This document shows, piece by piece, positions 20,531 through 31,170 of a DNA stretch of 64,000 bases. The number at the start of each line of letters is the position of its first letter. Positions within the stretch are counted from its first letter, which is position 1. The position numbers were made by a program, and so were the translations under genes. Origin of the DNA: Thermodesulfobacteriota bacterium (lineage in GTDB: Bacteria > Desulfobacterota_D > UBA1144 > Nemesobacterales > UBA2774); the NCBI GenBank assembly GCA_965223335.1, contig OZ244991.1, forward strand, positions 128,001 to 192,000, written 5' to 3'. The notes below the pieces were generated by a model. It saw only the letters and a list, made by a program, of their open reading frames with translations, did not search any database and was not told where the DNA came from.

Positions 20531-22087
20531 TTATTCGGGTTGATGCTCCGTTCTGAGTAAATCCATTACTGTTTTCACCGGGTTAAAAGTAATTGCCGGA
20601 ACCTCGACAAATATCGTAATCCACCTACTCATTGCACCGTTCCAAAGCCCCGGCAGCTCGAGAGCTCTAAGCTCCCTACCGGAATAAGACTTGTTTGAAA
20701 TGAAACCTGTGTCGGGGTCAATGAAGCTCATCAAATCAAACGAACTACCCCTAAAATCACGCATGCCACATACTATATCAACCGGGTTGAAATGAGTCGA
20801 GCTGCGAAGCACCTCCAACTGTGTCTGGGAACTCGGATCTATTTGCGACGATTCCACAATCTGCAATGATGTTGTGCCGTCATTTTCCCTCACCCAAAAC
20901 GGCCCTCCCCCAGGCTCTCCCACATTTCTTACAACCCCACAGACCCTAATGGGCCTGTTTAAAAGATTAATCAAGGACTCGACTCTCTGTTCACCTCGAG
21001 AGTGCTCGTATTCATCCGCTGTGCCGATCTTGAGTGTGTCTCTGCAATATTGAGATATAGCATCGAGTGCGCGGGAATCCAGATCTCCCGTGCACAATCC
21101 CTCCAAGTATCCATAGACCCTATGCTGAACATCCAGTAAATACCCGGCCAATGCCTTTTTATAGTCCGCTGTAGGGCCCTTAAGCCTGTCGGGGACCACG
21201 TTGTCTATATTTTTAATAAACACAATGTCTGTATCCAGCTCGTTTATATTGCTCAGCAATGCACCATGCCCGCCCGGTCTAAAAACTAAGTTTCCGTTAT
21301 CGTCAATAAACGGATTGTTCTCAATATCGGCAGCGATCGTATCAGTAGAAGGTAATTGTTCGGAATAAGACACAGTCAAATTTATATTATCACTTTCGTA
21401 TAGCGACTTTTTGTGCGATATATGCTCTACGATTACATCCCTATGCGCAGGCGATAATGTGAACTGCACACTCGCCACACCCCGCATACCCACAGCATAC
21501 TCCCCGGCTTCCACAAGGTGTTCCTCAAAAGCCGTCCTCGAAGTATTGCCGTACTTATGGAACTCAATTAACCCCTTGGGCAGGTTTTTGTAATCAAGTC
21601 CATTGGGTTCCAGCACATATTCCAATATGCTTCGATAATCACCTGACTCAATAACGACTTCCAGGTCCAATCCAACCCGGCTCATAGCGGTTTTAAGGTC
21701 ATTATAGAAAGCAAATTTCTCGATATTGGAGATAAACTCATCCACAACACTCGCCTCACGTGAGTAGTTGGTACGATCTAAATTCCCGCTCTCCCCATAA
21801 ACGTTATACGCTGCGATAAGATCCTTAAACATCCTGCTTGCCGCACCTGAAGCAGGGACAAATTTAACTAGTTCTAAATCTTTTTTTGAGTCTTCGAATT
21901 TAGCGATAAAAGTACTGAGCTCATTATCGATATTGAGTATCCCGTCCCCAAGTGTGGCGGGGCGATCAAGTGATATAAAAGGAATACCTGTGCGAAATTT
22001 ATCGAGTTGGTTTAAAACAACTTCAGGAGTTGTTCCCCTCTCAGAGATCTGCTCCAACATCGATTCATTAAAACTAAAGGCGGGCAT
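20531..22087 (-). CDS. DUF4301 family protein
   Basis: KFVPASGAASRMFK, PKGL..FH.Y, EEHLVE, FRPGGHGAL, FIKNIDNV, GEPGGGPFW, THFNPVD, LELPGLWNGAM, FNPVKTV. Confidence 0.88.
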   Translation of the reverse strand: MPAFSFNESMLEQISERGTTPEVVLNQLDKFRTGIPFISLDRPATLGDGILNIDNELSTFIAKFEDSKKDLELVKFVPASGAASRMFKDLIAAYNVYGESGNLDRTNYSREASVVDEFISNIEKFAFYNDLKTAMSRVGLDLEVVIESGDYRSILEYVLEPNGLDYKNLPKGLIEFHKYGNTSRTAFEEHLVEAGEYAVGMRGVASVQFTLSPAHRDVIVEHISHKKSLYESDNINLTVSYSEQLPSTDTIAADIENNPFIDDNGNLVFRPGGHGALLSNINELDTDIVFIKNIDNVVPDRLKGPTADYKKALAGYLLDVQHRVYGYLEGLCTGDLDSRALDAISQYCRDTLKIGTADEYEHSRGEQRVESLINLLNRPIRVCGVVRNVGEPGGGPFWVRENDGTTSLQIVESSQIDPSSQTQLEVLRSSTHFNPVDIVCGMRDFRGSSFDLMSFIDPDTGFISNKSYSGRELRALELPGLWNGAMSRWITIFVEVPAITFNPVKTVMDLLRTEHQPE

Positions 22088-22158
22088 ATTAACTGTATTA
22101 AATCCATTAAGCTTTGGCTTAGGATTTATAGTATTGATTCAGGGATATAATATCTAAA

Positions 22159-25100
22159 CTAGACACCTATTTCAAAACTCGGTGGATCAACCGTATCGCT
22201 GGGGAGATTGCCACCGACCCATCTCTCTATAGTCTCGAACAATATTTTTTTCCTAAGCGGCTTAGACACATAATCATCCATATTGTTTTCCAGACACTTT
22301 TCCCTGTATCCAGCTATTGCATGAGCCGTGACAGCGATAATCGGAATACGACCGCTGTTTTGATTCTGTTCAATCATTCTTATTGCTTTTGTTGTATCGA
22401 AACCATCCATCTCAGGCATCTGTATATCCATAAGAATCACATCGTATTTAGTCTGGGTAAAACACTCTATGGCCTGCTTACCGCTGTCTGCAATCTCTAC
22501 AATATAACCAGCTTTTTCCAGTAACCGTCTGGCCAAATTCTGGTTATCCACAGTATCATCAACAACAAGTATGCTGGCACCGCTGCAGGTAATTTGTTTT
22601 TGACTCACCTGCTTTACCACTGGGGCTACTCGCTCAACTTCCCTCACGGTATCAACCTTGCCGAGGAACAGTTTTTGCAATATATCGAGCAGTTTAGTTT
22701 GTTTAACAGGCTTAACAATTGAGTCCGTTACACCTTGCTCCAGATAATTATTCAACTTAATATTATCCCACGACGTTAGAAGCACTGTTTTTAATTTAAG
22801 GTGATATTGTTTTGCGATCATGTCTTCTATCATCTTGGCACCGTCAAACTCAGGCATATCATTATCAATCAATACCAGGTCTAGCTCTTCCACCCTTTCT
22901 TCCAACACACTCTCGGCAGACTGACCGTTATTGGCTTCAAACACCTTAAATCCCCAATTTGACAGTATTTTGTGCAATACCAACCGACTCTTCGAGTTAT
23001 CATCTACTATAAGCGCTTTTAGACCGTTAAACTCGCTTTTAATGCTATCCAGTGTATCTGAACTTGTGTCTTGTTGTGCCTCCAAAGGTAACGAGAAGTG
23101 GAAACTCGACCCCTTGCCCTCTTCGCTCTCGAGCCATATGGATCCGTCCATTATCTCAACTAATGTTTTAGAGATACTTAAACCGAGTCCGGTACCGCCA
23201 AAACTCCTAGAGTTTGAACTATCGACCTGTGAGAACTTCTCAAATATCTTGTTTTGATTTGCAAGCGATATTCCTATCCCGGTATCAATCACTGTAAAAT
23301 GTACATGATCAACACCTCCGTTTTCAGACGGCATTTTACCTACTTTTATAAACACCTCACCAGACTCTGTGAACTTGATTGCGTTTACTACTAAATTCAC
23401 TAGAACCTGTCTTATTCTGTTGCTATCGCCCATAAGTTTCTCGGGCACACGATCATCAATATACGTAAGCAGCTCAAGCCCCTTATCATATGCCCTAACA
23501 CTTAGCGTCTCGGCTACCTCCTCCACTAGCGATCTCAGTCCAAACTCCCGATCCTCTATCTCAACAAGCTCGGCTTCAATCCTAGAGAAATCCAAAATAT
23601 CGTTTATTAAAGCCAATAACGCATCTGAAGAAGACTGTATAACCCTCATAGTTTCTTCGTGCTCTTTTGATAGTTCTGTGTCGAGCGAGAGCTCTGTCAT
23701 ACCCACAATCGCATTTAGCGGTGTGCGGATCTCGTGACTAACGTTGGCAAGGAACTCAGACTTCGCCTGACTCGCGGCTTCTGCAGCTTCTTTGGCCCGT
23801 GTGAGCTCTCTCTCGGTCTGTTTGCGCTCTGTAATATCCATAAAACTACCTAGCATAGCACTACGCCCCTTATACTGTATAGCAATTGTAGTTTCCATCA
23901 CCCACCGGATCTCACCCTGTTTCGTGATGATCCTGTACTCGTAGGGTTTAGTCAACCCTTCCTCCAACATTCTGCTGCTACTCTCGCGTACATGCATCCT
24001 GTCCTGTGGGTGAACGAGCTTCCAGGGGTTACTGCCCAATAACTCTTCGTAGCTGTAGTTTAGGAACTTCTGGAACTCTGGGTTTACAAACTCGAGTTTT
24101 TTATCTTGGATTATATACACACCAATTGGCGAGTGAGTAGAAAGGGTTTGAAAAAGCTCCTCGGCCTGCTTACGCTCAGAAACATCCATGACAGTTGCCA
24201 ACACAGCCTCCCCGCCCAGGTAACGTATTGAGGTCAGAACCTCCATCACCCATATCAGGTTTCCGTTCTTAGTTACCATCCTGTACTCAAAGGGGCTCAG
24301 CAACTCGCCCTCAAGCATCTTTTGGCTGTTGCGAATTACCGCTTCCCTATCTTCGGAATAAACAAAGCTAAGTGAATTGTTGTTAAGAAGTTCCTCCTCC
24401 GAGTAGCCTAAATATTTCTGAAACTGAGGGTTAACAAATTTGTAATTCTGGTCCTGTACAATATAAATACCTATAGGAGAGCTTGTAGACAGCGTCCTCA
24501 ACATTACCTCAACCCTTCTCCTATCCGTAATGTCCACTACGCTTCCCAATACCGCAGTGCGTTCTCTGTAGGTTATTTTTGTTACAGATTCCATCATCCA
24601 ACGTATCTGGCCGTTACAGTCCACTATCCTATATTCGTACGGGGACATTCTGGCGTGCTCGAGCATTGCATTTGAGTTCTTCTCAAGCTCAGGCCAGTCC
24701 TTTTTATATACAATGTTCTCAAGCGCCATCCCCTCGAGTTCGTCTTTTTCATATCCGTTGAAATTTGCAAACTGTGGATTAACAAAACATATTTTACCGT
24801 CTTGTATTATGTATATGCCGATCGGTGAACTATTGGTTAGAGTGCGCAGCATGTTCTCTGTACGTTTGGTATCGGTAATATCAATAACGTTGCCAACAAT
24901 TGCTTCCTCACCGTTGTACTCACTCTTAAATACCGTTTCTAAAAACCATTTGATTTCTCCGTTTTTATTAAGAGCCCTATACTGGTATGGCAAAGACTCT
25001 CCTGTGCTTAGCGATTGCTCTTGATTCTGCAGTGTTGAGGATTGGTCTTGGGGAAAGACTAAGTTCATTAAATCGGTCCCTATGAGCTCCTCTCTCTTAT

Positions 25101-26163
25101 AACCCGTATACTCCATAAACTTGCCGTTGACAAAAGCAATCACACCGTTTTGGACCACATAAATCCCATAGAGTGATTTCGCCGAGAAAGCCTTGTGGAG
25201 CTCACCTGCACTCTTAAGTGTGACTATCTCTGCACTCAATCCATCAATAATTTTTTCGCTGTAATTCTTTAGATCTTCGTACTCTACGTGGGACTGATCT
25301 ATCTTGAGCATGCTATCCTGAGCAGATTGAATATATATTTTATTTGCAATCAATAGCCCCATGAGAGGAACAATAAACCCGGTTATCCCCAGTAGATGAA
25401 CTGCATAAAACCTGATTTCTACAAAATCTGCAGAACCCAGCATAGCCTGAACCTGTGATGTGATAAACGGCACAATGCTCAATGCCATAATGTAATAAAA
25501 CAGTGATCTGCCACTATATGAAAGTGCCAATAGTATAAGTGCGGCGCACGATACCAAAATAGGCAGTGACATAGAATAGTTAATTAAAGTAGATACGATT
25601 TCAGAGTTGCTTATGATGTTATTGTAATCAGGGGCAAAGTAGATAGCCGTGACAGCTAAACCCACTGTTGCAACTGCAGCTACTGTAAATAGACTGATGT
25701 TTTGTTTCCCGGCTTGATCTTCACTGTGTCTTATAAACACAAGGTAGCCCAATATGTAGATAAAAGCAGGGAATAGTTGGTAAACAATCCAAGTTAACGA
25801 CAACACCTCTTCTGTTGCGTTGGTACTTCCGATCATGTTCTTGAATAAAAGCAACTGAACTATGTTTACAACAGCCGAACCCAAGAACCCCAGACCTATA
25901 ACATATTTGTACACATCACGGTCTAAGCAGAATATACCCAGTACCAATAATCCTACGAACAGAGCCGCACCAACGGTAAGAAGTCTAAATACGACGCATA
26001 CAGCATCCTCCGTCTCGGGCGCTAACAAAGCATACGCGCCCTCGAAGCCATAGTTAAGACCCGGCACTGCATACAGGAACGATAGCGCGCTTAAACAGAG
26101 CACAGCTATGCATAGTGAGAGTGGAATTCGCGATTCTACATTATTGGTATAGTTCTCTGACAT
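22159..26163 (-). CDS. membrane hybrid sensor kinase (multi-TM, 4xPAS, HisKA, HATPase, 2xREC)
   Basis: About 8 TM segments, four PAS units, FLANVSHEIRTPL, NAIKFT, DTGIGI, GGTGLGL, two receivers. ATG 26163 has SD AGAGGA and lies downstream of a sigma54 site. Confidence 0.93.
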   Translation of the reverse strand: MSENYTNNVESRIPLSLCIAVLCLSALSFLYAVPGLNYGFEGAYALLAPETEDAVCVVFRLLTVGAALFVGLLVLGIFCLDRDVYKYVIGLGFLGSAVVNIVQLLLFKNMIGSTNATEEVLSLTWIVYQLFPAFIYILGYLVFIRHSEDQAGKQNISLFTVAAVATVGLAVTAIYFAPDYNNIISNSEIVSTLINYSMSLPILVSCAALILLALSYSGRSLFYYIMALSIVPFITSQVQAMLGSADFVEIRFYAVHLLGITGFIVPLMGLLIANKIYIQSAQDSMLKIDQSHVEYEDLKNYSEKIIDGLSAEIVTLKSAGELHKAFSAKSLYGIYVVQNGVIAFVNGKFMEYTGYKREELIGTDLMNLVFPQDQSSTLQNQEQSLSTGESLPYQYRALNKNGEIKWFLETVFKSEYNGEEAIVGNVIDITDTKRTENMLRTLTNSSPIGIYIIQDGKICFVNPQFANFNGYEKDELEGMALENIVYKKDWPELEKNSNAMLEHARMSPYEYRIVDCNGQIRWMMESVTKITYRERTAVLGSVVDITDRRRVEVMLRTLSTSSPIGIYIVQDQNYKFVNPQFQKYLGYSEEELLNNNSLSFVYSEDREAVIRNSQKMLEGELLSPFEYRMVTKNGNLIWVMEVLTSIRYLGGEAVLATVMDVSERKQAEELFQTLSTHSPIGVYIIQDKKLEFVNPEFQKFLNYSYEELLGSNPWKLVHPQDRMHVRESSSRMLEEGLTKPYEYRIITKQGEIRWVMETTIAIQYKGRSAMLGSFMDITERKQTERELTRAKEAAEAASQAKSEFLANVSHEIRTPLNAIVGMTELSLDTELSKEHEETMRVIQSSSDALLALINDILDFSRIEAELVEIEDREFGLRSLVEEVAETLSVRAYDKGLELLTYIDDRVPEKLMGDSNRIRQVLVNLVVNAIKFTESGEVFIKVGKMPSENGGVDHVHFTVIDTGIGISLANQNKIFEKFSQVDSSNSRSFGGTGLGLSISKTLVEIMDGSIWLESEEGKGSSFHFSLPLEAQQDTSSDTLDSIKSEFNGLKALIVDDNSKSRLVLHKILSNWGFKVFEANNGQSAESVLEERVEELDLVLIDNDMPEFDGAKMIEDMIAKQYHLKLKTVLLTSWDNIKLNNYLEQGVTDSIVKPVKQTKLLDILQKLFLGKVDTVREVERVAPVVKQVSQKQITCSGASILVVDDTVDNQNLARRLLEKAGYIVEIADSGKQAIECFTQTKYDVILMDIQMPEMDGFDTTKAIRMIEQNQNSGRIPIIAVTAHAIAGYREKCLENNMDDYVSKPLRKKILFETIERWVGGNLPSDTVDPPSFEIGV
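23810..25190 (-). repeat. four tandem PAS units with exact 348-nt (116-aa) period
   Basis: Equivalent codons (P/L before IGIY/YGIY) lie at 25171, 24823, 24475 and 24127. Confidence 0.85.
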
Positions 26164-26186
26164 TGCATCCTCTAACCACATATAGG

Positions 26187-26202
26187 TGCAATAATTATGC
26201 CA
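26187..26202 (-). promoter_or_regulatory. sigma54 (-24/-12) promoter of the 4xPAS kinase
   Basis: Minus strand TGGCATAATTATTGCA, GG-N10-GC. Confidence 0.8.
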
Positions 26203-26492
26203 ACGCATAACCACTCTAACATATTGGTATGACTTGATTTTATCTCAGTCGAGATACGATAATAGGGCTTTGCGGACAAAAATTGTCAACGCTGACATAT
26301 AATGTAACTTACGTGAAAAATAATTAACAATTTCAGCACTGTAATATAATAATGGATGGAATATCGATTTATGTATGCTTATTTGCAAAATATAGAATAA
26401 ATGAATAACTGGTGTTCATAGAAATTTTTATGAAATTACGGAGTAAAAATAGACAGACTTTAGCTTCAATTGATTATAGAGGGTGGGATTAG

Positions 26493-26570
26493 TGGCGGGG
26501 CCGACGGGACTTGAACCCGCGACCTCTGGCTTGACAGGCCAGCGTTCTAACCGGTCTGAACTACGGCCCC
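26493..26570 (-). tRNA. tRNA-Asp(GTC)
   Basis: GGGGCCGTAGTTCAG..CTGGC-CT-GTC-AA-GCCAG..GGTTCAAGTCC..CCGCCA. Confidence 0.97.
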
Positions 26571-26582
26571 ACACTAGTTTTG

Positions 26583-26657
26583 TGGTGGGCGGTACAGGAT
26601 TTGAACCTGTGACATCTTGCTTGTAAGGCAAGCGCTCTCCCGCTGAGCTAACCGCCC
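26583..26657 (-). tRNA. tRNA-Val(TAC)
   Basis: GGGCGGTTAGCTCAG..CTTGC-CT-TAC-AA-GCAAG..GGTTCAAATCC..CACCA. Confidence 0.97.
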
Positions 26658-26714
26658 AATTTACTCAATTCCTAAAGTCTCATACACAGAGAATGTTTGG
26701 TATGAAGGGATATC

Positions 26715-26743
26715 TTTATAACTGGATTATAGCCACTTGTCTA
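26715..26743 (-). promoter_or_regulatory. sigma70-like promoter of tRNA-Val/Asp
   Basis: TAGACA-N17-TATAAA. Confidence 0.5.
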
Positions 26744-26807
26744 GACAGAGTATCTAACATATAAACCGGGATTAACTTATAAAGGCCTGTCTAATCCGTC
26801 TTTAGTC

Positions 26808-29243
26808 CTAGTTGACGTTTGTGCTACCCACCTCTTCGGGCATCTGCAACGAAGACGGTGGAGGGATAACTATATCCTGCAGAACTGGGCCCTCAGACTC
26901 TATAGCCAAGTCGAGTACCTCATCCATGTGCTCAACCAGTTTGAGCTCGATGTCCTTAAGAATATTATCCCTTATATCCTTCAGGTCTTTTTCGTTCTCG
27001 TGAGGGATGATAACGGTTTTCACCTTACCGCGGTGAGCAGCCAGTATCTTTTCTTTTAAGCCCCCGATCGGAAGCACCCTGCCCCTAAGTGTTATCTCGC
27101 CCGTCATTGCAACATCGTGCTTCACAGGCTTTCTTATCAGTGCCGATACTATCGCAGTAGAAATAGCAATACCAGCGGAGGGGCCGTCTTTAGGTGTAGC
27201 ACCCTCGGGTACGTGTATATGTATATCTACCTTTTGATAGAAAAGACGCTCCAGACCAAGTTTCTCGGCCCTAGACCTCACATAGCTCATAGCAGCCTGT
27301 GCAGATTCCTGCATCACCTCACCCAGCTTACCCGTAACGGTGAAGTTGCCCTTACCCGGCACTATCGAGACCTCGATCGTGAGCAGCTCCCCGCCCACCT
27401 CGGTCCATGCCAAGCCTGTCGAGATGCCGATCTGGTCCTTCTCTTCGATCTCACCGTACTTAAATTTCGGGATACCCAGATAGTTTTGGCTCTGGATGTT
27501 GTTCGGTGTGATCCGTACAGTGTGGTCTTGGCCGTTTTTAACTACTTCGCGTGCCACCTTTCTGCACAGTGCAGCTATCTCGCGCTCTAGTGTCCTCACC
27601 CCGGCTTCACGGGTGTAGCGCCTTATAAGTGTGTAAACGCTGTTGTCGGACATCTTAAAATTATCTTCCTTTAACCCGTGGGCTTCCAGCTGTTTGGGCA
27701 GCAAGAACTTTCTAGCAATCTGGAGTTTCTCGTCCTCCGTGTAACCAGAGATTCGGATTATCTCCATCCTGTCCTGTAGCGCCCAGGGAATGCTGTGAAG
27801 CACATTCGCAGTCGTAATGAACATGACGTTAGAGAGGTCATAATCAACCTCAACGTAGTGGTCATTAAACGATTGGTTCTGCTCCGGGTCTAGCGCCTCC
27901 AGAAGTGCCGATGCGGGGTCACCCCTGAAATCCATTCCCAGTTTGTCGATTTCGTCAAGCAAAAACACGGGGTTATTGGTACCCGCTTTTCTAATGCCTT
28001 GGATTATCTTTCCGGGCAGTGCCCCAATGTATGTGCGCCTGTGCCCTCTAATCTCAGCTTCATCACGGACTCCACCCAATGAAACCCTAACAAATTTCCT
28101 GCCCATAGAGCGTGCAATGGATTTAGCGAGCGAGGTTTTACCCACACCCGGGGGCCCTACGAAGCAAAGGATAGGCCCTTTTATCTTTTGTGTAAGCGCC
28201 TGGACCGCCAGGTACTCAAGTATTCTTTCCTTAGGTTTCTCAAGACCGTAATGGTCTTCGTCAAGTATATTGGCAGCTTCGTCTACATCGAGCCTGTCGT
28301 CCGTGGTTTCATCTTCCCACGGCAAAGCAAGCAGCCAATCTATATAGTTTCTGACAACCGTGGCTTCGGCCGACATGGGCGACATCATCTTTAGTTTCTT
28401 TATCTCTTTTTTGACCTTCTGCTCGGCCTCTTCAGGCATGGACTTTTTCTTTAGCCTGTCCTCAAATTCCTGAATCTCTGACTTGAGGTCATCCTTCTCA
28501 CCCAGCTCTTTTTGTATAGCCCTCATCTGCTCAGTCAAGTAGTATTCCTTCTGAGCCTTCTCCATCTGCTTTTTAACCCTGGTCCTGATACGTTTTTCAA
28601 TCTGGAGTATCTCTACCTCGGCCTGGATCTTTTCGTACAGTTTCTCAAGCCTCTCAGCCGGGTTTATGGTCTCGAGTATCTCTTGCTTATCCTCAAGCTT
28701 AAAGCCCAAGTGCGAAGAGATCGTATCGGCCAACCTGCCCGCCTCCTCAATAGCAGACACGGTCACTAGTACCTCTGAGGGTATTTTTTTGTTAAGTTTC
28801 ACATAGTTTTCAAACGCTGTGACGAGTGTGCGTATGAGTGCTTCGGTCTCCACACCAAGGTTATCGTCCTCGGGCACGTACTCGACCTCTACCAAAAAGT
28901 AGCTGTTGTTCGCAGAGTACTCGACTATTTTTGCACGCCTTTTCCCCTCTACCAGCACTTTCACCGTACCGTCTGGTAGCCTAAGCATCTGTACGATAGT
29001 CCCGATCGTACCTATGTCGTATATGTCTTCTTGGTTCGGGTCATTTGTTTTGGCATCCTTTTGAGCAGCCAGGAAGATCTCTTTGTTGTTCTTCATGGCC
29101 TCTTCAAGCGCTCGAATCGATTTTTCTCTGCCCACGAACAACGGGGCTACCATGTATGGGAAAATCACAACGTCTCTAAGTGGCAATAGTGGTATATTCA
29201 CGGTTTCACCTTTTTCTTCATCGTATTTGAAAAACATCGGCAT
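26808..29243 (-). CDS. lon: Lon protease
   Basis: [31 protein letters not shown] catalytic Ser, IGGLKEK. Confidence 0.98.
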   Translation of the reverse strand: MPMFFKYDEEKGETVNIPLLPLRDVVIFPYMVAPLFVGREKSIRALEEAMKNNKEIFLAAQKDAKTNDPNQEDIYDIGTIGTIVQMLRLPDGTVKVLVEGKRRAKIVEYSANNSYFLVEVEYVPEDDNLGVETEALIRTLVTAFENYVKLNKKIPSEVLVTVSAIEEAGRLADTISSHLGFKLEDKQEILETINPAERLEKLYEKIQAEVEILQIEKRIRTRVKKQMEKAQKEYYLTEQMRAIQKELGEKDDLKSEIQEFEDRLKKKSMPEEAEQKVKKEIKKLKMMSPMSAEATVVRNYIDWLLALPWEDETTDDRLDVDEAANILDEDHYGLEKPKERILEYLAVQALTQKIKGPILCFVGPPGVGKTSLAKSIARSMGRKFVRVSLGGVRDEAEIRGHRRTYIGALPGKIIQGIRKAGTNNPVFLLDEIDKLGMDFRGDPASALLEALDPEQNQSFNDHYVEVDYDLSNVMFITTANVLHSIPWALQDRMEIIRISGYTEDEKLQIARKFLLPKQLEAHGLKEDNFKMSDNSVYTLIRRYTREAGVRTLEREIAALCRKVAREVVKNGQDHTVRITPNNIQSQNYLGIPKFKYGEIEEKDQIGISTGLAWTEVGGELLTIEVSIVPGKGNFTVTGKLGEVMQESAQAAMSYVRSRAEKLGLERLFYQKVDIHIHVPEGATPKDGPSAGIAISTAIVSALIRKPVKHDVAMTGEITLRGRVLPIGGLKEKILAAHRGKVKTVIIPHENEKDLKDIRDNILKDIELKLVEHMDEVLDLAIESEGPVLQDIVIPPPSSLQMPEEVGSTNVN

Positions 29244-29273
29244 GTTAGATCTCCTTTACAAAGAGATTTGAAA

Positions 29274-30551
29274 CTACGTCCCTAGACGTGCCTCTTCTTC
29301 ATAGGAGAAAAGAGGATTGCCCGTCCCTTTAATTACGTCTTCAGTGATCACACAACGCACTAGACCTTTAAGCGATGGCACCTCATAAGAAATCTCTAAC
29401 ATAACAGATTCAATTATAGCTCTAAGTCCCCTGGCTCCGGTTTTACGGCTCTTGGCCTCTTGAGCAATGGCCAGTAGCGCGCCTTCCGTAACCTCCAACT
29501 CTACCCCTTCTAGCTCCATAAGCTTTTGAAACTGCTTGATGATGGCATTTTTGGGCTGTGTAAGAATCTCGATAAACGATTCTTCATTAAGCTCCTCAAG
29601 GGTGGCTACAACCGGGATTCTCCCCACAAACTCGGGGATAAGTCCGAATTGTATTTGGTCCTCAGGTTGAACTTCTTTTAAAATATCACCTAGTTCCATT
29701 TCTTCCGTTTTACCTATATTTGCTTCGAAGCCAATTGATTTTTCGCCTATCCTACGTTTTATGATGTCTTCGAGGCCGCAAAAGGCTCCGCCGCAAACAA
29801 ATAAAATATTTGTGGTGTCGATTTGCAGGAACTCTTGCTGGGGATGTTTACGACCCCCCTTGGGCGGCACATTGGCCTTTGTGCCCTCCATGATCTTAAG
29901 CAGTGCCTGCTGTACACCCTCGCCCGAAACATCACGGGTAATAGACGGGCTATCCCCCGATTTGCGGGCAAGTTTATCTATCTCATCGATATATATAATA
30001 CCTTTTGACGCCCTTTCAAGGTCATAATCCGCAGCCTGCAACAGGCTTACGATCATGTTCTCCACGTCCTCACCCACGTAGCCCGCTTCGGTGTAACATG
30101 TAGCGTCTACGATCGTAAACGGCACGTCGAGGAGTTTTGCCAGCGTCTGCGCCATAAGGGTTTTACCCGACCCCGTAGGGCCTATTAATAAAATATTGCT
30201 TTTTTGGATCTCTACCTCGTTATTTCTCTTCCCTGAATTGTAAGCGTTTAACTCCACTCTCTTGTAGTGGTTATAGACCGCTACCGAAAGCACCTTCTTG
30301 GCACGTTCCTGGCCTATTACGTATTCGTCTAGGAATGATTTAATCTGCGACGGTGTGGGTAGGGTCGAATAGCGTTTTTTGAGTAGACCCTCTTTGGCTT
30401 CCTCGTCTGCGATTATTTCGTTACATAGCTCAATACACTCGTTACAAATGTATACGGTGGGCCCTGCTATGAGTTTGCGTACTTCTTTTTGGCTTTTCCC
30501 ACAGAATGAGCAATAGAGCTTACCGTCTTTACCTTCTCTTCTGGTGGTCAC
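29274..30551 (-). CDS. clpX: ClpX ATPase
   Basis: CSFCGK zinc domain, [19 protein letters not shown] loop, IGF loop. Confidence 0.98.
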   Translation of the reverse strand: MTTRREGKDGKLYCSFCGKSQKEVRKLIAGPTVYICNECIELCNEIIADEEAKEGLLKKRYSTLPTPSQIKSFLDEYVIGQERAKKVLSVAVYNHYKRVELNAYNSGKRNNEVEIQKSNILLIGPTGSGKTLMAQTLAKLLDVPFTIVDATCYTEAGYVGEDVENMIVSLLQAADYDLERASKGIIYIDEIDKLARKSGDSPSITRDVSGEGVQQALLKIMEGTKANVPPKGGRKHPQQEFLQIDTTNILFVCGGAFCGLEDIIKRRIGEKSIGFEANIGKTEEMELGDILKEVQPEDQIQFGLIPEFVGRIPVVATLEELNEESFIEILTQPKNAIIKQFQKLMELEGVELEVTEGALLAIAQEAKSRKTGARGLRAIIESVMLEISYEVPSLKGLVRCVITEDVIKGTGNPLFSYEEEARLGT

Positions 30552-31147
30552 TTGGGCGCCTCCTCTCTTTTAGTAATTATAGCATCAACCAATCCATATT
30601 CTAAGGCGTCTTCTGGTTTAAGGAAATAATCCCTTTCGGTCTCCTTGGCAATCCGTTCAATCGGCTGGTTGGTATGTTTTGCTAAAATCCTATTTATCTC
30701 CTCCCGTACCCTAAGTATCTCTCTTGCGTGGATCTCAATGTCCGAGGCCTGCCCCTCTACTCCACCCAGCACCTGATGGATCATAACCCGTGCATGTGGC
30801 AGAGCATACCTCTTGCCTTTAGCTCCTGCAGCCAACAACACCGCTGCCATGCTTGCGGCCTGGCCGATGCACATAGTTGCCACATTGGGCCTTACGTACT
30901 GCATGGTATCGTAAATAGCTAATCCTGCTGTAACATGACCACCGGGCGAGTTTATGTAGAGATAGATATCCTTTTCAGGATTCTCGGATTCCAAGAATAG
31001 AAGCTGTGCAATAACTGTGTCTGCAACTGCGTCATTTATTGGTGATCCAACGAAAACAATCCTGTCTTTTAAAAGGCGGGAAAATATATCGTATGCCCTT
31101 TCTCCCCGGCTCGTCTGTTCAACTACGATGGGAACATAACTGGACAT
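30548..31147 (-). CDS. clpP: Clp protease proteolytic subunit
   Basis: [28 protein letters not shown]. Confidence 0.98.
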   Translation of the reverse strand: MSSYVPIVVEQTSRGERAYDIFSRLLKDRIVFVGSPINDAVADTVIAQLLFLESENPEKDIYLYINSPGGHVTAGLAIYDTMQYVRPNVATMCIGQAASMAAVLLAAGAKGKRYALPHARVMIHQVLGGVEGQASDIEIHAREILRVREEINRILAKHTNQPIERIAKETERDYFLKPEDALEYGLVDAIITKREEAPK

Positions 31148-31170
31148 TATTGGGTGATAGTATACTGATT

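Noticed and set aside
26164..26214. Upstream GTG start for the 4xPAS kinase
   Set aside because: It would run through the sigma54 promoter; ATG 26163 has an SD.
15247..26492. Possible tRNA-anchored genomic island
   Set aside because: Accessory-looking and flanked by tRNAs, but I saw no integrase, att duplication or mobility gene.
26428..26631. Short ORFs over tRNAs (also 14275-14466, 32333-32647 and the 5' extension of tig)
   Set aside because: They are translations of tRNA genes.
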